Shown: piece by piece, positions 17,974 through 27,371 of the stretch
How the letters are laid out: every line of letters begins with the position of its first letter
Position numbering within the stretch: position 1 is the stretch's first letter
DNA from: Dehalococcoidia bacterium
GTDB lineage: Bacteria > Chloroflexota > Dehalococcoidia > Lucifugimonadales > JAAXIE01
Assembly: GCA_965204245.1 (NCBI GenBank)
Contig: CBDBED010000007.1
Span: 119,535-183,534 of the forward strand
DNA: 64,000 nucleotides
Reading direction: 5' to 3'
Program-made: the position numbers and the translations under genes
Notes under the pieces: model-generated
The model's input: only the letters and a program-made list of their open reading frames with translations
Told to the model about the DNA's origin: nothing
Databases searched by the model: none

Positions 17974-18177
17974 TCAGGTATCCTGTTTCCTTCCGTCGCT
18001 GGCTCCATTGAGAGACGGCGGCGGCTCAGTGAACTCCTCACCTGCAGCTTGAGCCTCCCGGTACCTTTCCAGCCATGCAGTCCACTTGGCTTGGGTTTCC
18101 TGGCTCCCTTCCGCTCGCCCTTCCCTTCGGTACTTCCTGATGGCAGCCGGTATCAACAGCACGGCCCTACCTCTCAA
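17974..18177 (-). CDS. hypothetical small charged protein (doubtful)
   Basis: 67-aa ORF with a TTG start 4 nt after the stop of the TctB-like gene. No recognisable domain and no clear RBS. Confidence 0.2.
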   Translation of the reverse strand: MRGRAVLLIPAAIRKYRREGRAEGSQETQAKWTAWLERYREAQAAGEEFTEPPPSLNGASDGRKQDT

Positions 18178-18181
18178 TCGA

Positions 18182-19072
18182 TTAGCCGGTCCGCCTGACC
18201 TTACCCCATATCTGGGTAGCCAAGCGGTCCATAGCCTCTTTGGCAGTGTTGTTCCCGTTGTAGACGAGGAATGTCACCACTGAGATACCCACTATCACCA
18301 AGACGGGTATCTGAGTGAAGAACCACTCGATTCCCTCCGTGACCACCGCGGCCCCATCACCTAGGTAGTCGTTGATGGACACCTTGTTGGTTTGTGGCAA
18401 TCCTAGAGCGGCATAGGTCTCGTCAATGCCCCGGAGGGAGGTTAGCCAATCCTCCAGCCGTGACATCAGAATTCCATCAAGATTCTCAGACAAAGGAATA
18501 TTGAGGCGCGCGTCGAACACGCCATCGAAGAATATCCACCCCACTACGCCGGCAGTGATTGCTATAAACCAACTTTCACGCCCTGCAATCTTAGTGTACA
18601 GAAAGATTGCTAGAGGTACCGTGACCATCCAGCCGATGAGCCAGATACCAATGAAGAAACCCACTATCCAGCCAATGATGATGATTGTACGGCGCACTTC
18701 CACAGCGGGTTCGATTTGGATTTCTTCTTCCAATTCAAACTCCACCGGCGCGGCGGCGACTTCGATTGAAGGACCACTACGCTCCCTGCGGGTTATCTCA
18801 CGGAAGGTCGCGAGGGCTGCTAGAACGATTGCCGGTATCAGGATGGCTTTGGGAAAGGACGCTGCGCTCGGGTTTTCGGCTCCATATCCAAAGAACGCTT
18901 CCCACGTCATCCACGAAAACAGGCCGAGAAAGAACAATGAAAATATCAACCGGATTAGCCGCCCTCGCCAACGCCCACCACCCCATGTCTCCTTGAGCAG
19001 GGCCGCGGGGCCGGAAAGCACACTGGGCGCCCGACCGGGACTAGGCTCCACCGTCGCCCCCATCCCCTCCAT
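18182..19072 (-). CDS. multi-pass membrane protein, possible enlarged TctB-like small subunit of the TTT transporter
   Basis: 296 aa with about 5 hydrophobic helices. It lies immediately downstream of tctA, overlapping it by 32 nt. The assignment rests on position and hydrophobicity only. Confidence 0.45.
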   Translation of the reverse strand: MEGMGATVEPSPGRAPSVLSGPAALLKETWGGGRWRGRLIRLIFSLFFLGLFSWMTWEAFFGYGAENPSAASFPKAILIPAIVLAALATFREITRRERSGPSIEVAAAPVEFELEEEIQIEPAVEVRRTIIIIGWIVGFFIGIWLIGWMVTVPLAIFLYTKIAGRESWFIAITAGVVGWIFFDGVFDARLNIPLSENLDGILMSRLEDWLTSLRGIDETYAALGLPQTNKVSINDYLGDGAAVVTEGIEWFFTQIPVLVIVGISVVTFLVYNGNNTAKEAMDRLATQIWGKVRRTG

Positions 19073-20723
19073 CGTCGGAGCCTGCTTGCGATGCAGTAGC
19101 TTGCGCAGTAGTCCCCACTGCTGCTGCTTCAGCAGCCCGTTGCTCCAACCGCTTTGCCTGTTTGCGGTCCTGCCACAGTGGGTAGAGTATCGACGCCAGC
19201 ATGAGGATGAAAATTATGATTACCCCCGGCTCGTCAAGCCAGCCATAGGTACCGAAAGCCTGCGTCGAAACCCTGAGGTTGCTCTCGGCTATGGGCGCCA
19301 GTACCAAGCCCAAGAGCATTGGGGGCCGGGGCCAGTCGAATTTGACCATCACCCATCCCAGAAGGCCAAAGATGATGACCAGCATCAGGTCTTGGGAGCG
19401 GTTCTCCACCGTAAACCCGCCAAGGTATACCAGCAGCATGATAATGGGAATAATCAGTGAACCGCGTATCTCGGTGATACGGGCCAGCCATTTGAGGAAC
19501 AGGAAGCATACCGCCACCGTGATGACGTTGGAGACAATGAGCACCCATACGAAGGAGAAGGTCAATTCCAGTCCCGACGGTACCCACTCTCCCAAAGCAG
19601 CCGCGTCCGGGCGTATTGGCAGATTGGGGTCCAAGAGGTTGGGGCCAGGCACAAGCCCTTGGATGATGAAAGCCCCTAACAGGATAGCCATCGAAAGGCT
19701 GCCAGGGATGCCGAAGGCGATGGTCGGGATGAGCGAACCGCCCTCCTTGGAATTGTTCGCAGCGCCAGGTCCCAGTACCCCTTCCACACGTCCCTGCCCG
19801 AAGTCGTCTTTGTTGTCCGCACTCTGCACGGCATGGGCATACGACATCCACTGAGCGGGTCCTCCGCCCAACCCGGGCACGATGCCTATGTAGGCCCCCA
19901 GCGCACTGCACCGGAAGACAAGGAACCAGTGCCGGAACGTGTCCCGCACTCCTTGCGCCACGCCTCCTATCCTGCCCGCCGACCGTTCCGCAATGCCCGT
20001 GCCCTTGACCGCTAGGTCAATTATTTCGGGAATGGCGAAGAGTCCCACTGTGATCGCTACGAAGTTCACCCCATCCCAGAGGAACAGAGACTCCGACCCC
20101 AGAATCGGTTCCAAGGTATATCGAGGCATGGCCGTAACTGGTTCGAGACGGATCATAGCCATAGCCAGACCAAAAGCCCCCACGGTGAGGCCTTTGATCA
20201 TGTTGCCACCGCTCAGCGTGGCCACGAACGTAATCCCAAGTAGCGACAGCATGAAAAACTCGGGAGACCCTATGGCCAGAACTATCGGCCGCACCACAGG
20301 GATCGCTGCCGCAAGCACTATGGCTCCGAACACTGCACCGATGAGAGAGCTCATCAGGACGGCCCCAAGGGCTCGTCCCGCTTCGCCTCGCTTGGCCATC
20401 GGATGGCCATCCACTATGACAGCCGCGCTTATGCCCTCACCGGGCACACCGAAGAGCACCGAGGTGATGTCTCCGGTCGTCGCCACCACTGCGTTGGCCC
20501 CCAATAGGAAGGCGAACGCCTGCGTGGCATCCATGTCGAAGGTGAAGGGCAGCATCAGGGCTAGGGTTACGGCCCCTCCCAAACCCGGAAGGATGCCGAC
20601 AATGAAGCCAATGACGATGCCCAAAAGCATCGCCTCAAATGCATCTATCCCATGCCCTGATAGCGGGAGGACATCTGTCAGCCCTGTGAGCAAGGCATCG
20701 AAATAATCCCTGACGGCTTCCAC
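19041..20723 (-). CDS. tctA: tripartite tricarboxylate transporter large permease TctA
   Basis: 560 aa. GILPGLGGAVTLALMLPFTF and GIVPGLGGGPAQWMSYA are the duplicated TctA motifs. It has a GTG start and a C-terminal Ala/Gly/Asp-rich tail. Confidence 0.9.
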   Translation of the reverse strand: MEAVRDYFDALLTGLTDVLPLSGHGIDAFEAMLLGIVIGFIVGILPGLGGAVTLALMLPFTFDMDATQAFAFLLGANAVVATTGDITSVLFGVPGEGISAAVIVDGHPMAKRGEAGRALGAVLMSSLIGAVFGAIVLAAAIPVVRPIVLAIGSPEFFMLSLLGITFVATLSGGNMIKGLTVGAFGLAMAMIRLEPVTAMPRYTLEPILGSESLFLWDGVNFVAITVGLFAIPEIIDLAVKGTGIAERSAGRIGGVAQGVRDTFRHWFLVFRCSALGAYIGIVPGLGGGPAQWMSYAHAVQSADNKDDFGQGRVEGVLGPGAANNSKEGGSLIPTIAFGIPGSLSMAILLGAFIIQGLVPGPNLLDPNLPIRPDAAALGEWVPSGLELTFSFVWVLIVSNVITVAVCFLFLKWLARITEIRGSLIIPIIMLLVYLGGFTVENRSQDLMLVIIFGLLGWVMVKFDWPRPPMLLGLVLAPIAESNLRVSTQAFGTYGWLDEPGVIIIFILMLASILYPLWQDRKQAKRLEQRAAEAAAVGTTAQATASQAGSDDGGDGGDGGA

Positions 20724-20741
20724 TAGCTCCTACTTATGTCC

Positions 20742-20855
20742 AAGGGGCCGCATCCCTGTATCTAAGAATACGGCCCCTTACGCTCTCCCAACACTATCTC
20801 TTTGGGGGGTCTCTATTGGCACGCTATTGCAGGGGGGCCTCCCAAGGGAGGCCCC
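20742..20855 (-). other. two strong stem-loops in the tctC-tctA intercistronic region
   Basis: The first stem is AAGGGGCCG / CGGCCCCTT (20742-20750 and 20771-20779, 9 bp). The second is GGGGCCTCCC / GGGAGGCCCC (20834-20843 and 20846-20855, 10 bp). Neither has a U-tract on the minus strand. Confidence 0.55.
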
Positions 20856-20867
20856 TTTGTGCTCAAC

Positions 20868-22379
20868 CTATCCCTCGTCCACTGTCACCATGAACTGCAG
20901 AGCCTCCTTTTGCTCTGGAGTTATCTGAAGTATCTCCGAGACCCACTGTTCGATGTCTTCGCCGGTCTGCGGATTCAGATAGAGACCCGAAGCCTCGGCA
21001 TCGGCGATGAACTCAGGGTCTGCCATGGTGTCGTCGAATGCCCTCCGCAATACATTGATCAACTCCGGAGCGGTATTGCGCGGAGTGGTCCACGGGCGCT
21101 GGAAACGGTAGCCCACCGCCCACAGATCATAAAGGGCCTTGTCGTCTGGGTCATCTATGAAATCACCTAGCAGGGGCAGGTCTGCAATCTCGGGGTCGCT
21201 GCTCTCAAACACCATTGCGTAGGGGATGAACTTGTCATCTCCCTCGGCGTCCAGCATGGACCGGGCAGTCACACCCATGGACTCCCAGCCCCAGCATGCT
21301 GCGTCGACTTCTTTGCCTTGCAGACCCAAGCGCACGCGGGCTGTTCCCCGGTAACCGGAGACGATCTCATGGTCGGTGCCCACAAACTCGTTGGTGATAC
21401 GCGGGATGTCGCTCAAGGAGCCACCGACCGCAGCAGTGGAGCCGTGGGCAATCCTTTCATCCTCGTGGTTCCTAGCCCCCGGGGCCAGAATATCGCTCGC
21501 CTCAGTCAGACCTGCGAAGCCCATGATAGCGCAAACGGGGTTCCCGTCGCTGGGCGCTCCCAACCAGCCGAACCCGTTGCCGTCAAACCGTATTTGCCCT
21601 TGTGTTGCTGGGTCATCGTATACCGACTGGAGAAACACGTGGTTGGAGTTCCACAGACCTATAGTCAGTCCATCGGCCTCAGTATCGTTGTACAGCTGGT
21701 TCGCCAGCACTAAGCTGCCGCCACCAGTCACGTTCTCAACCACTACTTCCGGGTTTCCAGGTATGTGCTTGCCTATATGACGGGCGATTGCTCGGCCATA
21801 GGTGTCATATCCACCGCCAGCGGAGAAGCCTACCAGCAGGCGGACCGTCTGGCCCGAGAAGAAGCTGGCATATATCTGCTGAAGGCGCTCTTCCTCAGCC
21901 TTCATGGCCATCATGGCGGCCTCTTCTTCAGCCATCATGGCAGCCATTGCCGCCTCTTCAGCCGCCATGGCGAGGGCCATGCGGATCGCCGTCTCAACCT
22001 CTGCCGGTGTAAGGTCGTCCGCCTCGGCGCTGGTCACCACATCAGATATAACGCTCTGCACTTCGTCCAGCGTCAAGTCATCAGTTTCGGCTTCAGCAAC
22101 GATGCTGGAAACTTGATCTGCAGTCAGGGTGCCCTCCATAGCGGCGCCGATTAGGTTCTCCACGTCGCTTGCGGACAGGCTGCCCTCTTCAACAATGCGG
22201 GCTACGTCCTCCTCGGTAAGCCCCTCGGGGATTTCAATCGCTCCCACGGCACCGGTCACTATTCGCTCTACATCTTCTTCAGTGATGCCTTCTTCCCCAC
22301 CACAGGCGACCAATACCAAGGGCACTATCAAAAGTAGCGGGACAATAATCCACGGGATGCGTCGCCTCAACCGGTTCAT
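20868..22379 (-). CDS. tctC: TctC/Bug-family solute-binding lipoprotein with a roughly 150-aa repetitive acidic, Met/Ala-rich N-terminal linker
   Basis: The signal peptide plus lipobox is LVLVACGG. The linker repeats LTxE(D)VxxIV-like motifs and includes MALAMAAEEAAMAAMMAEEEAAMMAMKAEEE. The C-terminal about 320 aa (VGFSAGGGYDTYGR, GGGSLVLAN) are Bug/TctC-like. AGGAGG lies upstream. Confidence 0.85.
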   Translation of the reverse strand: MNRLRRRIPWIIVPLLLIVPLVLVACGGEEGITEEDVERIVTGAVGAIEIPEGLTEEDVARIVEEGSLSASDVENLIGAAMEGTLTADQVSSIVAEAETDDLTLDEVQSVISDVVTSAEADDLTPAEVETAIRMALAMAAEEAAMAAMMAEEEAAMMAMKAEEERLQQIYASFFSGQTVRLLVGFSAGGGYDTYGRAIARHIGKHIPGNPEVVVENVTGGGSLVLANQLYNDTEADGLTIGLWNSNHVFLQSVYDDPATQGQIRFDGNGFGWLGAPSDGNPVCAIMGFAGLTEASDILAPGARNHEDERIAHGSTAAVGGSLSDIPRITNEFVGTDHEIVSGYRGTARVRLGLQGKEVDAACWGWESMGVTARSMLDAEGDDKFIPYAMVFESSDPEIADLPLLGDFIDDPDDKALYDLWAVGYRFQRPWTTPRNTAPELINVLRRAFDDTMADPEFIADAEASGLYLNPQTGEDIEQWVSEILQITPEQKEALQFMVTVDEG

Positions 22380-22652
22380 CTACCAATACCTCCTGGCATC
22401 TTAGTGCGCTGTTTCTTAACCCGGCGTCAACTTATTGTTGATGGGCGCAACTATAGCTGGGTGCTTGGGGGAGTCTAGCCGTCCGTTTTCCCCTTTGTCA
22501 AGATAGAAAGACAGCCAAATCGCTGGCTGGGCGAACTTTCCCCGAACCGCAGATGCTACAATGACTGGTAGCACGGCCTCGGTCTCACCCCATGATGATG
22601 GGTTATAGGTCGCTTAGCGGACGAGCAAAACGCGCACCATCAGGAGGAGCCC

Positions 22653-24971
22653 ATGAGCACCCACTCCCCGACCACTTATATAGGCGCTCGCATGAAGAGG
22701 TTTGAGGACCCTCGCTTCATCGAAGGACGGGCCACCTTCATCGACGACATTCAACTGCCGGGAATGCTCCACGCTGCCGTCGTCCGCAGCCCCCACGCCC
22801 ATGCCAAAATCACTTACATAGACACTACTTCTGCCGAGGCCTCCCCGGGCGTCACGGCAGTGATAACATCCCAACATCTCGACTCCACCACGGGTCACGT
22901 CCCCGTGCAATTCACCCCCCGCAATCCCGGCGAGGAACCCCCGCCCCATCCCCTGCTGGCCACGGACAGGGTCCGCTACGTTGGCGAGGCTGTAGCCCTG
23001 ATAGTCGCCGAGACACGGGCCGCCGCCGTCGATGCAGCAGAAATGGTGCGGGTCCAATACGACCCCCTTCCCGTGGTGGTGGACCCCCACGATGCCCTCA
23101 AAAACGAGACCCTCCTACACCCCGAACTAGGCACCAACATACTCTTCAGCACTGATGACAGGGGCGGAGACCTTGATGACGCCTTCCGCCGTGCCGACCG
23201 CATCGTCGAAGGGACGTACCGCAGCCAACGCATCTGCCCCGCCCCCATGGAGACCCGCGGCGTCGTCGCTGCCTATGATTCTTCCGGCGACATGCTCACC
23301 GTCTGGAGTGCCACCCAGTCCGTCCATCACGACCGCGACCTCTTGGCCTACGTCCTGCACCGCGATCCTGCCACCATTCGCGTAATCGCCCCGGACATGG
23401 GAGGCGGCTTCGGCGGCAAGGATCTCCGCACCGACGTTGCCGCCGTCTGCCACATGGCCGTCCGCTTGGGGCGCCCCATCAAGTGGATTGAAGACCGCGG
23501 CGAGAACATGACCTCCTATCATGGCCGTGGCATGGAGTGCCGCGCCGAGGCCGCTGTCCTCAACGACGGCACCATTCTCGGCATACGCTTCCACGCCATC
23601 GCCGACATCGGCGCATATTTCATACGCTCCACGTCCACCCCATCCCACCACTTGGCCCGGCGCATCGCGGGCCCCTACAAGACTCCCGTCATTCACATGC
23701 AGATGAACGCCGTGGCCACCAACAAGCCCACCACGGGTCCCTTCCGTGGCTCGGGGGCTCCCGAAGCAGCCTATTTCATGGAGCGCACCATCGACCTCAT
23801 CGCCAACGAGCTTGGCATGGACCCTCTCGCCGTTCGACAGCAAAACCTCATCCCCTCCGAAGAACTGCCCTTCACCACCCCTACCGGCCTCACCTACGAC
23901 AGCGGCGACTACCTCCAAGCCCTTGAGCGCGCCCTTGAACTGGCCGACTACGACGGCCTGCGACGCCAGCAACAGCAGGCAAGGGCCGAGGGCAGACTCG
24001 TTGGCCTCGGCATCGCCAGCTTCCTCAAGAGCCAGGGAGGCGGAGGCGAACTCATGGACAGCACCGCCCGCGTGGAGATTGACCGCCACGGCGCCATCAA
24101 CATCTATACCGAGGCATCCCCCCACGGCCAAGGCACCGACACCAGCTTCGCTCAGATAGCCGCCGACACCCTTGGCGTTCACCCCGAAGATGTGGCCATT
24201 CTCCACGGCGACACCGATGTGGTGGAGGAGGGGGTGGGCACCATGGCCAGCCGCGCCCTCACCGTCAGTGGCTCCGCAGTCTACGATGCCTTGGAGAACG
24301 CCCGCGCCAAGCTGTCCAAGGTCGCAGCCCATCTCTTGGGCTGCCAGGAGTCCCAGGTGCAGTTCGGCGGCGGCAGGGCTTGGGCCCTCAACCGCATCGG
24401 CGACAGCCTCTCCTTCTCCGACATCGCCGCCGCGGCCTTCAACGAAGAGACCCTTCCACCCGGCATGACCCCCGGCCTGGACTTTGAAGGGACCTTCCAC
24501 CTCCCCGACTACGTCTTCCCCTCCGGTGCGCAGTTGGCTCTCGTGGAGGTCGATCGGGATACCGGCGAGGTAAACCTGCTCCGTTGCGTCGGCGTCCATG
24601 ATTGCGGACGCATCATCAATCCCGTGGTGGTTGAGGGACAGACCCACGGCGGCCTCGCCCAAGGCATCGGCCAAGCCATGACCGAAGACGTCCTCTACAC
24701 CGCGGACGGCCAGCCTCTAATGGGCACCTTCCTCGACTATGCCATGCCCCACGCAGAGGACATGCCCGAGATGGTCATGGAACACATGGAGACCCCGTCA
24801 CCCCTCAGCCCTTTGGGAGCCAAGGGCATGGGCTCCCTCGTAACCGTCGGCCCACCCGCCGCCGTCTCCAACGCCGTGGCCGACGCCCTAGCCCCCTTGG
24901 GCATCACCCATGTGGACACCCCCTATACCGCCCACCGCATCTGGCAGGTCCTGAACGCGTCGCACCATTGA
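22653..24971 (+). CDS. xanthine dehydrogenase/CoxL-family molybdopterin-binding large subunit (second paralogue)
   Basis: 772 aa and collinear with 12985..15297 (KRFEDPRFIEGRATFIDDI, GGGFGGK, TTGPFRGSGA). AGGAGGAG lies upstream of the ATG. Confidence 0.9.
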   Translation: MSTHSPTTYIGARMKRFEDPRFIEGRATFIDDIQLPGMLHAAVVRSPHAHAKITYIDTTSAEASPGVTAVITSQHLDSTTGHVPVQFTPRNPGEEPPPHPLLATDRVRYVGEAVALIVAETRAAAVDAAEMVRVQYDPLPVVVDPHDALKNETLLHPELGTNILFSTDDRGGDLDDAFRRADRIVEGTYRSQRICPAPMETRGVVAAYDSSGDMLTVWSATQSVHHDRDLLAYVLHRDPATIRVIAPDMGGGFGGKDLRTDVAAVCHMAVRLGRPIKWIEDRGENMTSYHGRGMECRAEAAVLNDGTILGIRFHAIADIGAYFIRSTSTPSHHLARRIAGPYKTPVIHMQMNAVATNKPTTGPFRGSGAPEAAYFMERTIDLIANELGMDPLAVRQQNLIPSEELPFTTPTGLTYDSGDYLQALERALELADYDGLRRQQQQARAEGRLVGLGIASFLKSQGGGGELMDSTARVEIDRHGAINIYTEASPHGQGTDTSFAQIAADTLGVHPEDVAILHGDTDVVEEGVGTMASRALTVSGSAVYDALENARAKLSKVAAHLLGCQESQVQFGGGRAWALNRIGDSLSFSDIAAAAFNEETLPPGMTPGLDFEGTFHLPDYVFPSGAQLALVEVDRDTGEVNLLRCVGVHDCGRIINPVVVEGQTHGGLAQGIGQAMTEDVLYTADGQPLMGTFLDYAMPHAEDMPEMVMEHMETPSPLSPLGAKGMGSLVTVGPPAAVSNAVADALAPLGITHVDTPYTAHRIWQVLNASHH

Positions 24972-25067
24972 CGAAGCCCGACCTGGAGAGCCCAGTACGG
25001 CGAGCCCGGAACGGAGAGAAAGAGCCACGCCTAAGCTACATCACGTCCCTATTGCGGCGTGACATTC

Positions 25068-25619
25068 TCATAGCCAGTCGTCCCCCACGTCTTTGCAGAC
25101 CTCCGGGTAGTCCGCTGGCTGGCTGCAAGGTCTTTCCGGCAACGGCTCCGGCGTTGGAGCCGGAGCTGGCTCCATGGGCGGCTGGGGTGTGGGAGTGGGA
25201 GTGGGCTCTATGCGCGGCTGGGGTGTGGGAGTCGGGGCTCCTGTCGCCTGGGGAGCCGGGGTTGCTGGCCGAGGAGTCGGCGTGGGGTCTGGGTCGGACG
25301 TGGCGGGGAATTGAGGCTGAGGGTCCGGGCTGCTGGTACTCTGGGAGGAGACCGGAACGGGCCGGGGAGCAGGGGCGGGAGCAGCCTTCCGCTGGGGCTG
25401 CCTAGCCTCTACTACTGCCCCGTCTGGGTGTGGAGAGACGCAATGAGGCTGGTGGGTTTGGTAAACGTACATCGGGTCGTCCAGAAAGTGCCCATGCACT
25501 TTATCGCAAAGCCAGTGGCCATCCTTGTGCGTCAGGTCCCGTTGGGCAGAGACAAGCGTGGCCCACAAAATGCCGGTCAAGGCCAGCCCCATGACAACGA
25601 GGATTGCAATAAGCCTCAT
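25068..25619 (-). CDS. signal-anchored His/Cys-containing, Pro/Thr-rich protein (hypothetical)
   Basis: I chose the ATG at 25619 (MRLIAILVVMGLALTGILWATLVSA). Next comes a His/Cys cluster (HKDGHWLCDKVHGH, HQPHCVSPH). This is followed by about 90 aa of PTPTPQP-type low complexity and a C-terminal CSQPADYPEVC. Confidence 0.5.
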   Translation of the reverse strand: MRLIAILVVMGLALTGILWATLVSAQRDLTHKDGHWLCDKVHGHFLDDPMYVYQTHQPHCVSPHPDGAVVEARQPQRKAAPAPAPRPVPVSSQSTSSPDPQPQFPATSDPDPTPTPRPATPAPQATGAPTPTPQPRIEPTPTPTPQPPMEPAPAPTPEPLPERPCSQPADYPEVCKDVGDDWL

Positions 25620-25866
25620 TCGGACATGGATGCCTTTCGTATAATTCAAGCGCACCTCCACTCCCTTCATCAATAGTATCATGCACACCGATACCGATAA
25701 TAGCCAAACAGGAAGGATGGATGCCGGTAATAGCAAAGAACCCGGTAACAGCAAGGAAGATAGGGGACCAGCGTTCCGATTTCGGCCCCGGCCTTCCGAT
25801 TTTGACACCAGACAAGAGCGAGCCTAGACTCTCCACACGCCCGACGATTTTCATGGAGGACCAGCC

Positions 25867-26487
25867 TTGACCACCACCCAGCAGCAATGGAGTTTCAAGG
25901 GAGACTATTTCGAGGCCTGCAACTGCGAGGTGAACTGCGCCTGCGTGTTCGGCTCCCCCTCCCACTACGACGACTGCCAAGTGTCCCTAGCTTGGCACAT
26001 CGACACCGGGACCTACGGCAACGTCGCCCTCGACGGCCTTAATTTCGCCTTGGTGGCCCGCACCCCGAAGATGATGTCCGACGGCAACTGGACCGCCGTC
26101 ATCTACCTTGATGACCGCGCCACCGACGACCAGCGCCAAGCCCTCCATGCCATCGTCTCAGGCGATGCCGGCGGCGGATTCGGACGCCGCAAGGCCATGA
26201 TTACCAACCTCCTAGGGGCCAAGTCCGTCCCCATCACCTACGAAATCAAAAACCGCGGCCGCAAGGTCTCCATCCAGGGAAGCCTCGAACTCGAGGTGGA
26301 AGGCGTCCGCGGCAATAACCCCGACGAGGATGTCCAACTTGTCAACGACCCCCGCGCCGCCGAGCGAGGCGGTAACCCCCGCACCGTCGCCCGCTCCACC
26401 GTCTACCGGCACACCCAGCAGGGCCTCACTTGGGACAACACCGGCAAGACCGGCTACTACGCTCCTGTCGAAATGTCCGGCCCATAA
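25867..26487 (+). CDS. DUF1326 domain-containing protein
   Basis: The N-terminal WSFKGDYFEACNCEVNCACVF is the characteristic DUF1326 Cys motif. It has a TTG start with GGAGGA 6 nt upstream. Confidence 0.75.
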   Translation: MTTTQQQWSFKGDYFEACNCEVNCACVFGSPSHYDDCQVSLAWHIDTGTYGNVALDGLNFALVARTPKMMSDGNWTAVIYLDDRATDDQRQALHAIVSGDAGGGFGRRKAMITNLLGAKSVPITYEIKNRGRKVSIQGSLELEVEGVRGNNPDEDVQLVNDPRAAERGGNPRTVARSTVYRHTQQGLTWDNTGKTGYYAPVEMSGP

Positions 26488-26536
26488 ACCCGTTGCCCCA
26501 TTGCCTCAGAACTGATCGCTCACTAGGAGGAAGCAA

Positions 26537-27361
26537 ATGCCCCACGCAGACATCGACGGCGTGAAAATCTACTACGAGTCCCACGGCCAAGGCTTCCCCT
26601 TAGTCCTTTGCCACGGGATCAGTGGGGACACTGAAGCATGGGTCAACCAAGTCCCTGCCTTCTCCCGGCGTTACCAAGTGATCACTTGGGACGCCCGAGC
26701 CCACGGACGCTCCGACAGCCCCGCTGACCCCAACGCCTACGGCCTGACCCGCTTCGCCGATGACCTGAAGGGCCTCCTCGACCACCTAGGATTGGAGCAG
26801 GTCTACCTCCTTGGCCACTCCATGGGCGGAGGCGTCGCTGTCCGTTTCACCACCACCTACCCCGAAAGGGTCAAGGCCGTCATCGTCACCGACTCCTTCA
26901 CTGGCTCCGGGCTGCCCGTGCCTCCCGACATCCGCGCCATGCGTGAGAAGAGCATTGAGCTTGCCCTCACCCAAGGCATGATGGCCGTCGCCGACCAAGC
27001 TCTCAAGGAGAACCCCAACGTGATGGGACGCGTACGCGGCGATGCCGAAGTCGAGCGCGCCATGCGCATCCGCTATGCCAAGATCGACCCCAACGGCTAC
27101 GCCGGAAGCGTCCGGACCATCCTCGACAACGAGTTTCCCGACGAGTGGTGGGGCCGCATTACCATGCCTACTCTCGTCATGGTGGGCGCCAACGACCACG
27201 CATCCATCGCTGGCTCCGAGCACACCCATGCCAAAATACCCGGCTCCGAATACATCGTCATCCCCGACGCCGCCCACATGGCCTACCTCGACCAGCCCCA
27301 AGCCTTCACCGACCATGTGCTGGGCTTCTTATCCAAGGTTGAGGCCCAGGTGGCGGCGTAA
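26537..27361 (+). CDS. alpha/beta hydrolase (3-oxoadipate enol-lactonase-like)
   Basis: HG oxyanion motif LVLCHGISG and nucleophile elbow GHSMGG. 274 aa. AGGAGGAAG lies upstream. Confidence 0.85.
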   Translation: MPHADIDGVKIYYESHGQGFPLVLCHGISGDTEAWVNQVPAFSRRYQVITWDARAHGRSDSPADPNAYGLTRFADDLKGLLDHLGLEQVYLLGHSMGGGVAVRFTTTYPERVKAVIVTDSFTGSGLPVPPDIRAMREKSIELALTQGMMAVADQALKENPNVMGRVRGDAEVERAMRIRYAKIDPNGYAGSVRTILDNEFPDEWWGRITMPTLVMVGANDHASIAGSEHTHAKIPGSEYIVIPDAAHMAYLDQPQAFTDHVLGFLSKVEAQVAA

Positions 27362-27371
27362 GTCCGGTCCA

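Noticed and set aside
22380-22652. A tRNA, small RNA or clear promoter in the 273-nt divergent intergenic region between tctC and the second XDH gene.
   Set aside because: I found only a TACAAT hexamer without a convincing -35 box and a 5-bp mini-hairpin. There is no tRNA-like cloverleaf or T-loop sequence.
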